A DNA stretch of 63,664 nt, filler included, from Malassezia furfur (Eukaryota): NCBI GenBank assembly GCA_052055015.1. It is 19 parts of 19 records of this genome, joined end to end, with 100 filler letters (N's around TTAATTAATTAA, not from the genome) between each part and the next. Parts side by side here need not be neighbours in the genome. Positions count along the whole stretch, not along the records: positions 10,295 to 13,629 come from JBQJIT010000784.1; positions 13,730 to 17,059 come from JBQJIT010000785.1; positions 17,160 to 20,430 come from JBQJIT010000786.1; positions 20,531 to 23,820 come from JBQJIT010000787.1; 15 more parts are not named here. One strand, written 5' to 3'. The translations under genes were made by a program, and so were the position numbers. The notes below the pieces were generated by a model. It was not told where the DNA came from and ran no database searches. It saw only the letters and a list, made by a program, of their open reading frames with translations. Shown one piece after another: positions 11,134 through 22,736 of this stretch. The stretch's first letter is position 1, and the number at the start of each line of letters is the position of its first letter.

Positions 11134-12230
11134 CTAGTTATCGCCGCCCGCACGCCGCCGGCGCCGGTCACGCTCGCGCTCACCACGGCGCTCCGCACGG
11201 CCGGCGTTCGGCGGCCCGTCGCGCCAGCGGTCCTCGGCGCGCTCCGTCTTTTTGCGTTTCGAGTCGGGCGTGTCGGGGCTAGGGGTGCCCGGCGCACTGG
11301 GCGCGTCGGGGCCCACAAGACGGTCGGCAAGCGACCGCTTGCGTGAGCCGCCGCGCTCGTCGTCGTCGCGGCGTGCCTCGTCGGAGCGCCACGACGGCGC
11401 ATCGTCACGGCGGTCGTCGCGGCGGTCGTCGCGCCGGCGCTCCCCCCAGCGCGCATTGCTCTCGCCGCTCGGGCCCCACCCGTTGTCGCGCGCCCGCGCC
11501 GGCTCACGCTCGCGCTCGGCAAACGGCGGCCGTGAATCGTCGGCGCGGCGGCCCCACACCCGGGGACGCGGCTCGCGGTCCTCTGCGCGGTCGCGGGGGT
11601 CGGCACGCGCATCGGCGCGCGCGTCGCGCTCGCTGCCGCGGATCCGTAGACTCACCGGCTCGCCACGCTCCGGCGAGCGCCGTGCGTTGCGGGGCGCGTC
11701 ACGGGCGTTGCGGGGCGCGTCACGGGCGTTGCGTGGCCCACGGGCGTCGCGGGCGTCGCGGGCGTCGCGGGCATCGCGGGTGTCGCGAGCGTCGCGCGGG
11801 TCGCGGGTGTCGCGCGGGTCGCGGCTGTCCCTGGCGTCGCGGCTGTCCCTGGCGTCCCTGGCGTCCCTGGCGTTGCGCTGGTCGCGCTGGTCACGCTGGT
11901 CGCGCTGGTCGCGCTGGTCGCGCTGGTCGCGCTGGTCGCGCTGGTCCCTCGCATCGCGCTGGTCCCTCGCGTCGCGGACGTTGCGTCCTTGGCGGTCCTG
12001 CCGATCGTTGCGGTCCGCCGGCCGCTCGTTGCGCGCGTGGCGTCCGCGCGGCTCGTTGGCGTCGCGGGCGTCTCTGCCGCGCGTGTCGTCGCGGGCATCC
12101 CGCCCACGCGCGTCCTTGCCCGGCTCGCGCCCACGCTCCGCGGCGCGCTCCTCGCGCGCGTCCTGCGCGGGGGTTTTGGCCTGGGCGCCGCCCTTGACGG
12201 GCGTGCCCTTCGCGGGGGTCGGCCGCTCGC
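11134..12230 (-). CDS. Arg/Asp-rich C-terminal tail of an unidentified nuclear protein; no start of its own
   Basis: Coding-biased ORF with RDQ/RDA/RNA repeats and basic NLS-like KRKK; its 5' part overlaps the LDB17 ORF out of frame. Confidence 0.6.
11690..11990 (-). repeat. 9-bp and 21-bp coding tandem repeats: (RDQ)n, (RDA)n, (RNARDAP)n
   Basis: (gctggtcgc)n and (gcgtcgcgg)n runs on the + strand. Confidence 0.85.
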
Positions 12231-13629
12231 GCCGCGGGCGTGCGGCGGAACAGCGCACGCAGGCGGTGCCGCCCACGCGCATCGCTGCGCGTGTCTACGG
12301 GTGCGTCTTGGGCGGGTGCAGCGCTCGGCGCCGCGGGTATACTCGGCGCCGCCGGCACCGCGAGCGACGGCGCGCTGCGGTTCGCCGGCGCATGGCGCAT
12401 GGGCGGCGCGGCGCGCTCCGCGGGCACACCAGCGTCGTGCGGCGACGAGGGCATCGATGATGCGAGTACGCGCCGCTCTTCGGACCCCGGCGCGAGCAGT
12501 GGCGGCGGCGGCGGCGCACGCCGGCGCGTCGTGGGCGCGGACGACCCACTGCTCCGCGGCGACGCACGGCCGCTTGCGAGCGTCTCGAGGGCGAGCACAT
12601 CGAGCTCTGCGACGGGCGCTGCAGGCTCCGGCGGTGCGGGCGGCCAGGACGGCATGGCGTCGCCGTCAACGGCCGCGGCGGCCGCCGACTGCATCTGCCC
12701 GAGCTTGAGCAGCGTGTGCAGCGCCGCGTCGCTCGTCTCTGCGTGGAACACGTCGCCCTTGTGCGTGTGCTCGGTGACGAGCACCTCGGTGTGCGCCGCA
12801 CCGCCGCCGATCGGCGCAACGACGGGCGGCGTGCGCGCATCGACGACCCACTCGGCCGCCAAGCACCTGCGCGCAAGCTCCATCGTGCGCGGCGCCGTAT
12901 TGCTCCAGTCGCCGTAGCGCACAATGCTGTCGAGCACGTCGCGGATCGCCTCACGCTTGTACACCACGGTGCACAGCTGCGTCTGCGTCAGCAGCGCGGG
13001 CAGCACCCGCAAATACACCTGGCGCAGCAGCTCGCGCTGCTCCGCAAGGTCGGTGATCTGCCGCAGGAAAATGTCCACCAGCACCTTGAGGTCGTTCATG
13101 TAGAAGTAGCTCGCGGTCTCGGGCATCGCAAACAGCGCATCCAGCAGCTTGAGCACGAGCAGGTGGAAACGGCACCCCGCGGCGTCCGCACACGGCGTGC
13201 GGTTCAGCATAAACACGACGTTCTCGGCAAACGTCCGCGTCGCATGCGCACGGTCACGAATCACCGCCAGGATGCTGAACGGCGCGGGCGACGTACCCTG
13301 CACCGCCGCCAGGTACTGCTCGTGCAGCGCAAGGAGCAGCTGCGTCACGAGCAAACCGAGCGTCTCGTCCTCGAGCGTGCGCGTCGCCTCGGCCTCGTCA
13401 AACAGGTGACACACGAACGGCTCGCCGATGCATGCTGCGTTAGGGGGCGACGTACCCAGCTCCGCTTGCCGCAGGCGGACGGTGCACAGCAGCTCATAGA
13501 GCAGCGCGAGCGCCTTGTACTGCAGCCACACCTGCAGGCCCTCATTCGACAGGTGGTCCTCGATCACGCGCGGCTGCGTACGCCGCGGCACCGCGCCGGG
13601 CAGCGGCAGCGCGGGCGCAACGCTGCCCG
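12231..13629 (-). CDS. LDB17: Ldb17/SPIN90-like Arp2/3 activator (DUF2013), 5'-partial
   Basis: LLALHEQY, TFAENVVFMLNR, YFYMNDLKVLVDIFLR and Pro-rich tail RRAPPPPP; probable 21-nt in-frame intron 13435-13455. The 3' end is uncertain (formal ORF stop at 11891). Confidence 0.85.
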
Positions 13630-13729
13630 NNNNNNNNNNNNNNNNNNNNNNNNNNNNNNNNNNNNNNNNNNNNTTAATTAATTAANNNNNNNNNNNNNNN
13701 NNNNNNNNNNNNNNNNNNNNNNNNNNNNN

Positions 13730-14174
13730 CCTCGAGATCCGGCGGGCGCGGCGGGCGCGGCGGCGCCACGAGCGGCGGCGGCGCGTCGAGCAGCATGCGC
13801 TTCTTGCCCGGGATCTCGCCGCGGTGGGGGTCGCCGTGCGCGTACACCTTGGCGAGCGCCTTGAGCGGCTTGGCGTTCCGCGGGAGCTGCGGGGGGAACG
13901 CGTCGGCGGTGAGCGTCACGTCGCTCGCGGGGTCGATCGCGTACGAGGGGTGGGGGTACATGGGCGCCGTGGCCGGCGGCATGCCCGGCGCGTCGGCCCA
14001 GTCGTCGTGGGTGCGTGTGCGCACCGCGAGCCAGACGCGAATCAGCACGCCGAGCGCGAGCAGCAAGAAGCACGCGCGCACAATGCGGCGGGGCCCGTCG
14101 CGGCGCTGTGGCGGCACGGCAATCTCGCCAAACGCCGGCGCTTGCGGCACTGCAGGGCCACGGAGCACAGTCAT
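13730..14174 (-). CDS. Type II membrane protein, N-terminal fragment
   Basis: ATG at 14174; RRIVR followed by hydrophobic ACFLLLALGVLIRVWLAV and a Pro-rich stem. Confidence 0.5.
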
Positions 14175-14283
14175 CGTCGCACCCAGTGCGCCGCACACGG
14201 TGTGCCCACGCAAAAACCGGGAGTTAAAAAAAAAAAAGACGGCCTACGACAGCGTGGGGCGGCGTGGGCGCTTGGCGCCTCCA

Positions 14284-15186
14284 CTATGGCGCAAACACCC
14301 CGGGCCATATGCGGGGCAGCTGCTGCAGCGACGAGACGCACACCACGCCGTTGTCGAGCGTGTGCGGCGCATCGGTAGGATGCAGCTCGTCAAAGTACAC
14401 TGATGCGTGAGAGCGGGAGCGACGTACCGCATGACTGCCAGCCAAAGGTGCGCGCCGCGACAATGTTCTGCATGCTGTCGTCCACAAAGTATACGTGCGC
14501 GTCCGGCGCGGCGTGCACGGCGGCCTGCGCGGCGGAGTAGAAAGCCTGCTCGGGCTTGCACGAGCTGGGGTGAGCGTGGGCGCAGCGTACAAGTTGGGGA
14601 TGTTGTAGTCGCAGTACACGATGCCCTGCACGAGCGAGTCGAGCTGGAGGAGCGACAGCACGCGCCGTGCATGCTGCGGGGAGTGAGTGGGGCCGGCGAC
14701 GTACCGTTTTGTACGCGTTCGTCAGCGCGTACACGCGCACCTTGCGCCGGTCGATGCGCTCGAGCAGCGCACGCAGCGCGGGGTCGGGGTGCAGCACGCG
14801 CTCGAGCGGCAGCGAGCCGTCGCACTTCTCGTCGTAGTCCATCGGGTCGATGGTGTGGTGCTTGACGAGCCCGCGGATCGCGAGGCCGTACTCCTTGTAG
14901 TAGTGGGTATGCAGCTTCTCGGCCTCGTGCTCGTCGAGGCCGAGTCCGCGGAAGTAGTCGCGGATCCGGTCGGCCATGAGCTCGGGGATGCTGCGTGAGC
15001 CGTGCGCGGGCGCACGTACCGTGTGTCGACCTGCGAGTACAGCGTGTTGTCTGGGTGAGCGCGCGCGCACGTACCGATATCCAGCCACAGGATTGCCTGT
15101 GCGTCGTGTGCGTCGACGTACGTCGGCAGCGGCTCGAGTCCGACGTGCAGGCGCCAGGCCGCGGAGCCCGAGGTTGTGCCGGGCAT
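14284..15186 (-). CDS. SDT1: Pyrimidine 5'-nucleotidase, HAD family (Sdt1/Phm8-like)
   Basis: Spliced WLDI|DNTLY, YYKEYGLAIRGL, TNAYKT|HA, SCKP and FVDDS; five introns at 15051-15074, 14991-15019, 14674-14704, 14565-14590 and 14400-14427. Confidence 0.9.
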
Positions 15187-15311
15187 GGCATANNNNNNNN
15201 NNGCAGGCGCGTCCGTGCCGTGGATTGCCGCGCCGCGCGTGCGCACGCGCCGCGGTTCGAATTTGCCCGCGCGGTCCTAGGGTGCACGCGGCGGGGTGCG
15301 TATCGCCCAGA

Positions 15312-15909
15312 ATGCCTTATACGGTGCTGGTCACGGTGGGAAGCACGCGATTCGATGCGCTGGTGCATGCTGCGCTCAGTGACGCGTTCGTCGACGCCGT
15401 GCGGGACGTGGGCGGCGCGGATGCGCGAGTCATCGTGCAGTACGGGCAGAGCGCCGTGCCGCCGTCCGCGTGGCCCACGGAGCCGAGGAGCATCGAGGGC
15501 ATCGTGTGGGAGCGCGCCGTGGTCGGCGGCGTCGAGGTGCTGCGGGGTGCGTACGTCCCCGAGCTCCGACCGTGGCTCGCCCAGGCCGATGTGGTGGTGA
15601 CCCACGCAGGTGCGTGTGCGTGCGAGTTGACACAGGCGCCGGCACGCTGCTCGAGGCGCTGCGTGCGCCGCAGCGCCCGCGCATCCTTGCGGTGCCGAAC
15701 GGAGCGCTGATGGACGACCACCAGCGCGAGTTGGCGGACGTGCTCGGCGCGGACGGCTACGTTGTGGTGGGCACGCCGAGGTACGTTGGTGCGCGCGCTC
15801 ACGCAGTGCGCTGCCCGCCCAGGTACGTGCCGTGTCGCACGCGGCGCTCGCCGCGTTCCCCCCCCGAGCGGCGCACGCGCTCGACGCGCTGCTGCGCACG
15901 CGCCCATAG
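15312..15909 (+). CDS. ALG13: UDP-GlcNAc transferase catalytic subunit
   Basis: VLVTVGSTRFDAL, VQYG, VVTHA|GAGTLLEAL, VPNGALMDDHQRELA; introns 15610-15635 and 15781-15806. Confidence 0.92.
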
Positions 15910-15952
15910 ACCCCGCCATACACACCTCCACTAGCCCACCCACACCACGACC

Positions 15953-17059
15953 ATGGACGAGCCGCGCGCCGGGGGCGAGAAGGCGTCGCTCAGCGTGCCG
16001 TTCCTGCGCTCCTTCCGCACGCGGTCGATGGGCGCGGTGCAGGGCGTGACGGGTGCCGCGAAGCCCGCAGCGGATGCCGGCATCTACGTCACGAGCTCGA
16101 CCGAGATCCACCAGGCGATCGATGTGCTGCTGCAGACCAAGCCCGGCGCGACCACCGAGCCGCCCGTGCAGCTGCGCACGGTCGTCGAGGCGCTGCGGCA
16201 CGCGACCGAGCACGGCGGGGCGCTGCTCGATGCCGCGACGGCGACGCCGCTCGTGGCGTCGCTCGTGGTGCTGTGCTCGCGGCTGATGCGCTCCAACTAT
16301 GCGCTGGACGTGCGGTTGGGCGTGTGTGAGCTGCTCACCGCGACGCTGCGGTATGCCGAGGCAAGCACGGCGCGTCTCGATACGAGTGCGCACGAGGCGC
16401 GCACGCTCACGGGCGCCGATACGACGCTCCCGAGCCAGGTGCTCAGCTCGCTGGACCGCGCGCTGCTCTTCCAGCTGGTGATTGCGCTGCGCGACCCGAA
16501 CGACTGGGCGCCCGCGCAGCTTGTGCGTGATGCGGAGCCCGCGCTGCGCACGCTCGAGTGCCAGCTAGCGGCGCTGCAGGCGCTCTCGCGCGACGGGCGC
16601 GACGTGCTGGCCTTCCGCTCGATTCTCGTGGTGCTGACCGAGTGGACGGCGCCCGCGTGGGGCTGCATGCTGTACGAGCGCACGCGGAGCGAGTCCGGCA
16701 AGGTGCCTGGCGCGAGCGAGCACTGTGCGCACGCGCTGCTGGCGCTCACCGCGTCGGTGATCAAGTTCCACGCGTCGCGCATCGCTGCGACGCAGCTGAC
16801 CGGCGCGCTGCAGTGCGTGGCGGACCTGCTGCTGCGCCCCGTGCTGCTCGAGGCGCCCGCGCCGGTGGTGCACGAGGCGCCCGCGGCCGAGCGCAGCGCG
16901 TCGAATGCGTCGAGCGACGCGGCGGCGGGCGGCAAAAAGGGCGAGCCGCTGCTGTACGGCTACTCGCACTATGGGCTCGAGGCGCTGAGCCCCTACTTTT
17001 CCACGCCGCGCCCCGCGCGCGCGGGCGTGTCGGCGTCGTCGGCGCGCGGCGCGTCGCCC
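15953..17059 (+). CDS. Probable tuberin (Tsc2) N-terminal helical region, 3'-partial
   Basis: Helical-repeat-like sequence with RALLFQ, QLAALQALSRDGRDV and SVIKF, resembling the fungal tuberin N-terminus (from memory). Confidence 0.5.
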
Positions 17060-17159
17060 NNNNNNNNNNNNNNNNNNNNNNNNNNNNNNNNNNNNNNNNN
17101 NNNTTAATTAATTAANNNNNNNNNNNNNNNNNNNNNNNNNNNNNNNNNNNNNNNNNNNN

Positions 17160-19031
17160 CGCAGCGGGAGCCGTGGGGGCTGCGGCGCTGCGTGACGCCG
17201 CACGGGGCGCGTCGGCGTCGCGCAGGTGCGCCGAGTCCCACGCCGAGTCGAGGTCGGTGAGCGTGATCATCTCGTCGGGCGACGCAAAATACGCGTCGTC
17301 GTCGTCGGCCTTGGCAGCCGTCGCGAGCGAGTAGTGCAGCGTGGCGTCGGCGGGCGACGAGCCCGACGTGGTGGTCGACGCATCGTCAAACAGGGGCGAC
17401 GCACAGCTGAACGGTGAGCTGGGTACATCGGTCACCAGCGCAGGCGGCGCCGCGTCCGCGGACGGCAGCGTGCCCGGCACGAGCGCCGCCGCGAGCGACT
17501 CGGCGGGGGACACACCACGCACGCCACCTTCGCCCGTGGCTCGCTCGTTGCGCTCCTGCGCCGTGACGGTGTGCACGGGAGTGAGTGGCGTGTCGCCGTC
17601 CGCATCCAGCTCGTCAACGGGCGCCGCAGGCGGCGTCACAGCGGCATGCGGCGCCGCGCACAGCTCGTACGGCAGCGAGAGTGTCAGCGCCCCCGCGTGC
17701 GTGTGCGCCTCGGCGCTGCGAGGCAGCGGCAAAGCATGCTGGAACACGGCGTCGCTAGTGGCCTCGGCACCGGGCGGCTTCGCGGACGGCGACCGCGTGC
17801 GCGGCACGTCGCCGGGCGTCGCGTCGGTCGTGAGCGACGATGGAGTCGTCGTGTGCCCGTCGGTGAGCAGGCCGTCGCCCACGTCACTCGCGTCATGCCA
17901 CGGCGAGGGCACACGCGCCAGCACGTCCAGCTCGGGATCGTGCAGCATCGTCTTGTGGAAGTCATCTTCCTCGCCGTCGGACTCATTCGACGGCGCGTTG
18001 CTCGGCGCGTACGGCGGCGCATCGCCGGACCGCTTGGGCGCAGGGCCCAGTACGGCCAGGGCCCACGCCTCGTGTGCGAATTGCGCGCTGCGCTGCACCA
18101 CGTCGGACAGGACTGGGTCATCATCGTCATCGTCATCGTCGTCATCATCGTCGTCTTCTGCGTCGTACTCGGCGAGCGGCAGCATCGGCGCCGGACGCCA
18201 GACGCCCGTTGCCGTCCGTACGGGCTTGGGCGACAAAATGCCCGACATGTCGCTCCGGCGCGGCGCGTCCGTCGGCGCGCGGCGCGGCGGCGGCATAATG
18301 CGCTCGCCATGCCGCGTAAACGTCGCCGGGACGCGCTCATGCGCCGCGGGCGTCACGGACGCCACGGACGCCGCGAGCGGTGCAGGCTCCGCTGAGCGGG
18401 CACCGGCCGTCGATGGCCATGTCGCGGCGTCGACACGCGCCGCAGGTGGCGACGCACGGTCTTCGGACCGCCGTGGCGTACGTGCGCTTGATGCAGGGCT
18501 CTTGTGGCGCACCGTGGGCCGCGCACGCGACGCACCGCTCGTGGCAGGGGGCGATGGCGTCTTCTTGACGTCGGCCGTCGACGTCAGTGCCTCGGGCGGG
18601 CGGTACATGGTGCTCGGCCGTCGGTGGCGTTTGCCGGGCCCGGTCTCTTCGTCCGGCCCCGGGCTCGTGCCGGGACGCGCAGGCGTCGATGTTGACAACG
18701 GCGGAGCGGCCGGCGCCGTGTGCGGCGCCGGCGGTGTATGGCTCGGCGACTTGGTCCGTGGCGTGCGCACGGGCGCCGAAACAGGCGGGGGAGGGGCGGG
18801 GGACGCAGTTACGCACGATACCGCGCTGGGCGTGTCGGTGCGTGTGCGCGGCGGTGGCGCCTTGGCCAGCGGGGTGACGGGCGACGGCGACGGCGAGCGC
18901 AGCCGGCTCGACAATTTTCGTGGCCGTGGCGCGCGTCGGGGCGTCACGTCGTGGTCCGCGGGTTCATTTTTTGGGCCGCGCAGTCCAACGTGGGCCGCAA
19001 TCCCTGCGGTGGGTTGGGCCGTCACGCCCAT
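17160..19031 (-). CDS. Low-complexity Pro/Ser/Thr/Asp-rich hypothetical protein, 3'-partial
   Basis: ORF of more than 620 aa from ATG 19031 with a poly-Asp tract; no domain recognised. Confidence 0.6.
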
Positions 19032-19064
19032 CGAAACGCGGCGGTGGAAGGTGCGCGGTGCGGC

Positions 19065-19081
19065 TTTTTTTTTTTTTTTTT
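19065..19081. promoter_or_regulatory. Poly(dA:dT) tract (T17) in a divergent intergenic region
   Basis: Rare AT homopolymer in very GC-rich DNA between divergent starts. Similar tracts lie near 2160, 14230 and 31220. A nucleosome-excluding role is inferred. Confidence 0.45.
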
Positions 19082-19467
19082 GGGAGCCGAGTCACGCGAC
19101 GAAGCGGGCTCCGAGCCAGGCGTGTTTGAGGCGGAGTCCGTCGCAGGTCACTGTTGGTGCGCAACACGCGTGCCACGGCACACCCACGGTCGTCGTCGTG
19201 CAACCCAGGGGCGCCGTCGTGTGTGGCGGGGATTGGAAGCGAAGGCGTTCCGGCACGAAGAGCGCCCGCGTTGGGTCCGATGCGTTCCCGATCCTGCACG
19301 TGGTGGTCTTGGGGCGCACTCGGCCGATGGGCGCACTGCCGCTCGGCCGTGCGGCGGGCGTGGGCGCACTGCCGCGGCGCGGCGAACCGACCGTGCGCTC
19401 GCTCGCCGCGTGGAACGAAGAGGGACACGCTCGGCTGCCAAACGCACCGGTCCCCCCACTGTGTGGC

Positions 19468-20430
19468 ATGTCCCAAGACCTCGGCCGTCCTGATGAGAGC
19501 CAGGCGGACGTATGGCCGCCGCCTGGGCCGTGGGCAAGCACGCTGGGCAACGGCGCCGGCGTGCCTGGCCGCCCACGTTCTTCGCACGCGGCGCCGCCCA
19601 CGCCGCCCACCGACCTGTCGGCGTCCGCGCCGCCGCTCACAGCCATGAGCCGCGCACGGCATGCGCCTACGTCGAGTCTGTCGTCCATCATGCCCGGCAT
19701 GGGACGCACCGCCTCGCCGCCCGTGCCGCTCACCACGGGGGCGGCGCGGCCCGTGGGCACGGGCCGCGCGCGTGCGGGAACGCTCCCATCGCGCTTCTCA
19801 GGCCCCCCGCCCGCGCACGGGCTGAGCGCACAGGCGCCCAGCGATGCCTTTGGCGCGCGCTGGCGCTTCTCGGGCCCGTCGCCGATGCTGTCGGGCGACA
19901 CGTTTGCCCCCTTGTTCTCGTCGGTACCCGAGCTCGCGCCGACGCCGCCGTCGTTCGAGCCGTTTGCGCATCTCGCTCCCGGCACGCCGTCGGATGCCAC
20001 ACACCTGGACCACGACGCCAACGGCCTCGCCAAGACGCTCGACTTCCTCGGGCTCGACGACGCGGCGCCGATGCCGACGACGCGCGAGCGCTCCCACACG
20101 GACGCGGCGTTGCTGGCCGCACGCGGCGCGTACGCCACTGCGGCGCCCGGTGGACCCGTGCGTGCGCCGCTCACGTCGCGCAGCAGCGACACGCGGGTGC
20201 CGGTGCTGTCGGCGACCGCGATGCAAAGCCGCATGTCGCCGCTGCCGCTCGGTGCGCACGACGGAGCAACAGGCGCCGCGCCGCGCGCCGCGCGCCTCAC
20301 GCATCGCCCACGCGCCACGAGCCTCAGCACGCTCGACCACGTACCGGCGGCGGCAGCGTCGCCCGCGGCAGCGACGCCGATCGGCATGTCGACGCCCGAC
20401 GAGCGCCATGCGTCGCCGGCCGCGTCGCCC
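19468..20430 (+). CDS. Probable Jsn1/Puf1-type Pumilio-RRM RNA-binding protein, N-terminal fragment
   Basis: Short motifs RARAGTLPSRF, TLDFLGLDD and RPRATS in a disordered N-terminus; the RRM and PUF domains are not reached. Confidence 0.5.
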
Positions 20431-20530
20431 NNNNNNNNNNNNNNNNNNNNNNNNNNNNNNNNNNNNNNNNNNNNTTAATTAATTAANNNNNNNNNNNNNN
20501 NNNNNNNNNNNNNNNNNNNNNNNNNNNNNN

Positions 20531-22043
20531 GGCCTCCCCCCCCGCGTCCTCGCGGGCGTCGTCGGTGCCCGAGGCGGCGGCAGAGGCGGCGAGTGGCTCG
20601 CCGCGGGCCCCCTCGCCCGCCGCGGACGAGCTCGGGCCCGACTTTGCCGCGTTTGTGCACGCCAAGTCGGCGGTGATCGAACGTGTGCTGGACGAGGACT
20701 ACGACGTGCTCACCGACTATACCCGTGTGCCGTCCGACGCCGACGTGAGCGGCACGGAAACGCTGCGGCATGTGCACACCTTCTTTGACGCTGCGCTCGA
20801 GACGCGCGCGGTGATGGACGTCGACTGGTCGACGCAGCACCCCGAGCTGCTCGTCGCGGCGTACAACCGGAGCCGGGCGCCGGCGAGCGACGCCGACGGC
20901 CTCGTGGCCGTGTGGAACGTGCACCTGCGCGAGCGCCCCGAGTTCACCTTCCAAGCGCCGGTACGTGCATCACTGACCCAGACGGACGTCACGGCGGTGC
21001 TCGCCTCGCCGTTCCACCCCACGCTGCTGGTCGGCGGGACGTACAGCGGGCAGATCCTCGTGTGGGACACGCGGCAGCGCGCGCTGCCCGTGCAGCGCAC
21101 GCCGCTCGCCTTCTCGCCCGGCGCGGGCAGCGGGCACTGTGCGCCGGTGTACTCGCTGCGCGTGGTCGGCACCGGCGCGGCGCACCAGCTGGTCAGTGCC
21201 TCGACCGACGGGCTGGTGTGCACGTGGGCGATGGACCTGCTCGCGCGCCCGCAGGAGTCGCTGCTGCTCACCAACCCGCTGCACCCGCGCAGCGCCGAGG
21301 TCGGCGTCACGTCGCTCGATGTGCCCGCCGACGATGCGACGCGCTTCCTGCTCGGCACCGAGGAGGGCAACGTGTACGGCGCCGCGCGCTACGACCGCGC
21401 GGGTGCCGCCGCGGGGCTCGACACGTCGCGGGTGTACGTAGGGCACGCGGCGCCCGTGACGCGCCTCGCGTGCCACCCGAACCCGCGTGGGCGGCGCGCG
21501 CCCGTCGACTTTTCCGCGCTGTTCCTCACCGCGAGCATGGACTGGTCGACGGCGCTGTGGCGCGCCGCGGACCGCGCGCCGCCCCGCCCGCCGCCCGCCG
21601 CGCCGTACCACTACCCCCACGCGAACGCGCGCATCGCCACGAGCACGCGCACGAATCCGCTGGCGTTCCGCGGGGCGGCCGGCGCACACGCGCCGTGGAC
21701 GGCCGTGGCGCCCGTGTGCCGCTTCGAGAACCAGCTCGACTACGTGATGGACGTGTGCTGGCACCCCCACCACCCCGCCGTCTTTGCGCAGGGCGACGCG
21801 GCGGGGCGCGTCGAGCTGTACAACCTGAATGCGAGCTGCGAGCGTGCGACGCTCGCGACCACGACGCCCGGCGCGCGCGGCGTGAACCGCGTCGCGTGGG
21901 AGCGCAGCGAGCCCGCGACGCGCCTCGCCGTCGGCGCTATGGATGGGCGGGTGCATCTGTACGAGGCGCCCGAGGCGCAGGTGGCCCCGCGGGGGGACGC
22001 GGAGTGGACCGCGCTGGAGCAGGTGCTCGCGTCCGTGGCGTAG
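20531..22043 (+). CDS. PAC11: Cytoplasmic dynein intermediate chain (WD40), 5'-partial
   Basis: VIERVLDEDYDVLTDY, DVDWSTQHPELLVAAY, GLVAVWNVHLRERPEFTF and GGTYSGQILVWD; 21-nt in-frame intron 20961-20981. Confidence 0.9.
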
Positions 22044-22693
22044 CGCCGCGGCGCGCGCGCGGCGTGGTGAACGGTGTGTCGCCGTACACCACCTCGCCCG
22101 CGCGGCGCAGGCGCGGCGCCGCGGCGGCCTCGCGCACGACGCGCTCCGCATAGGCGTGCAGCGCCGCACCGTCGCGCGGCATGGCCGCACTCCGTAGCGT
22201 GAGCATCCCATCGAAGCCCTCGGGCTTGTCCGCCGTGGGGCGCACGAACGCGCGCGCAAACATGCCGAGGATGCGCATCGCGTCCTCGGGCCGCCGGATC
22301 GACGGGTGCCCGGTGCGCTGCGCGAGGCGCGCGCGGCATTCCTGGGTGAGCGGGCGGGCGGCGTACCTCGATGGGTGTGTCGAGCACCACGAGGCACGTG
22401 TGCACCGCGGGCCCGCCGGGGTGCGCCGCGCGGAAGTCGGCCGCGAGGCGCAGCCACTCGGCGCGCTGCCGGTAGTCGATGTTGGTGCGGTCGATCACGA
22501 CGTGCTTGCCGTCCTCGAGCGCCTGCCGCGCGCGCGCGTGCACCGCCGCGCGGCGGCGCAGCTCGTCCTGGTTGCACCGCACCCAGTGCTCCGGGTCTGC
22601 GTCCTCGATGGCGTGCGCCACTGCGTCAGCCGCCCACGTACACGTCGACTTGCCGCTGCCGACCACCCCGCACAGCACGACGAGCTGGAGCAT
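21937..22693 (-). CDS. Small P-loop kinase (AAA_33 / polynucleotide-kinase-like)
   Basis: LCGVVGSGKST|LA, CNQDEL, VVIDRTN...QRAEW, E|ECRARLAQRTGHP and EGFD; introns 22621-22641 (21 nt) and 22342-22366 (25 nt). Confidence 0.85.
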
Positions 22694-22736
22694 GAAGGAT
22701 CGGGCGGAGATCGGGGGGAGGGGGCCGGAAGCGGGC

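Noticed and set aside
15823..15909. Third ALG13 intron starting at GTACGT 15823
   Set aside because: No nearby branch site or acceptor, and read-through gives a plausible Alg13 C-terminus.
17341..20478. 1045-aa ORF as a single gene
   Set aside because: The first part is antisense to the 17160-19031 ORF and reads through a poly-T intergenic tract; only the part from 19468 looks coding.
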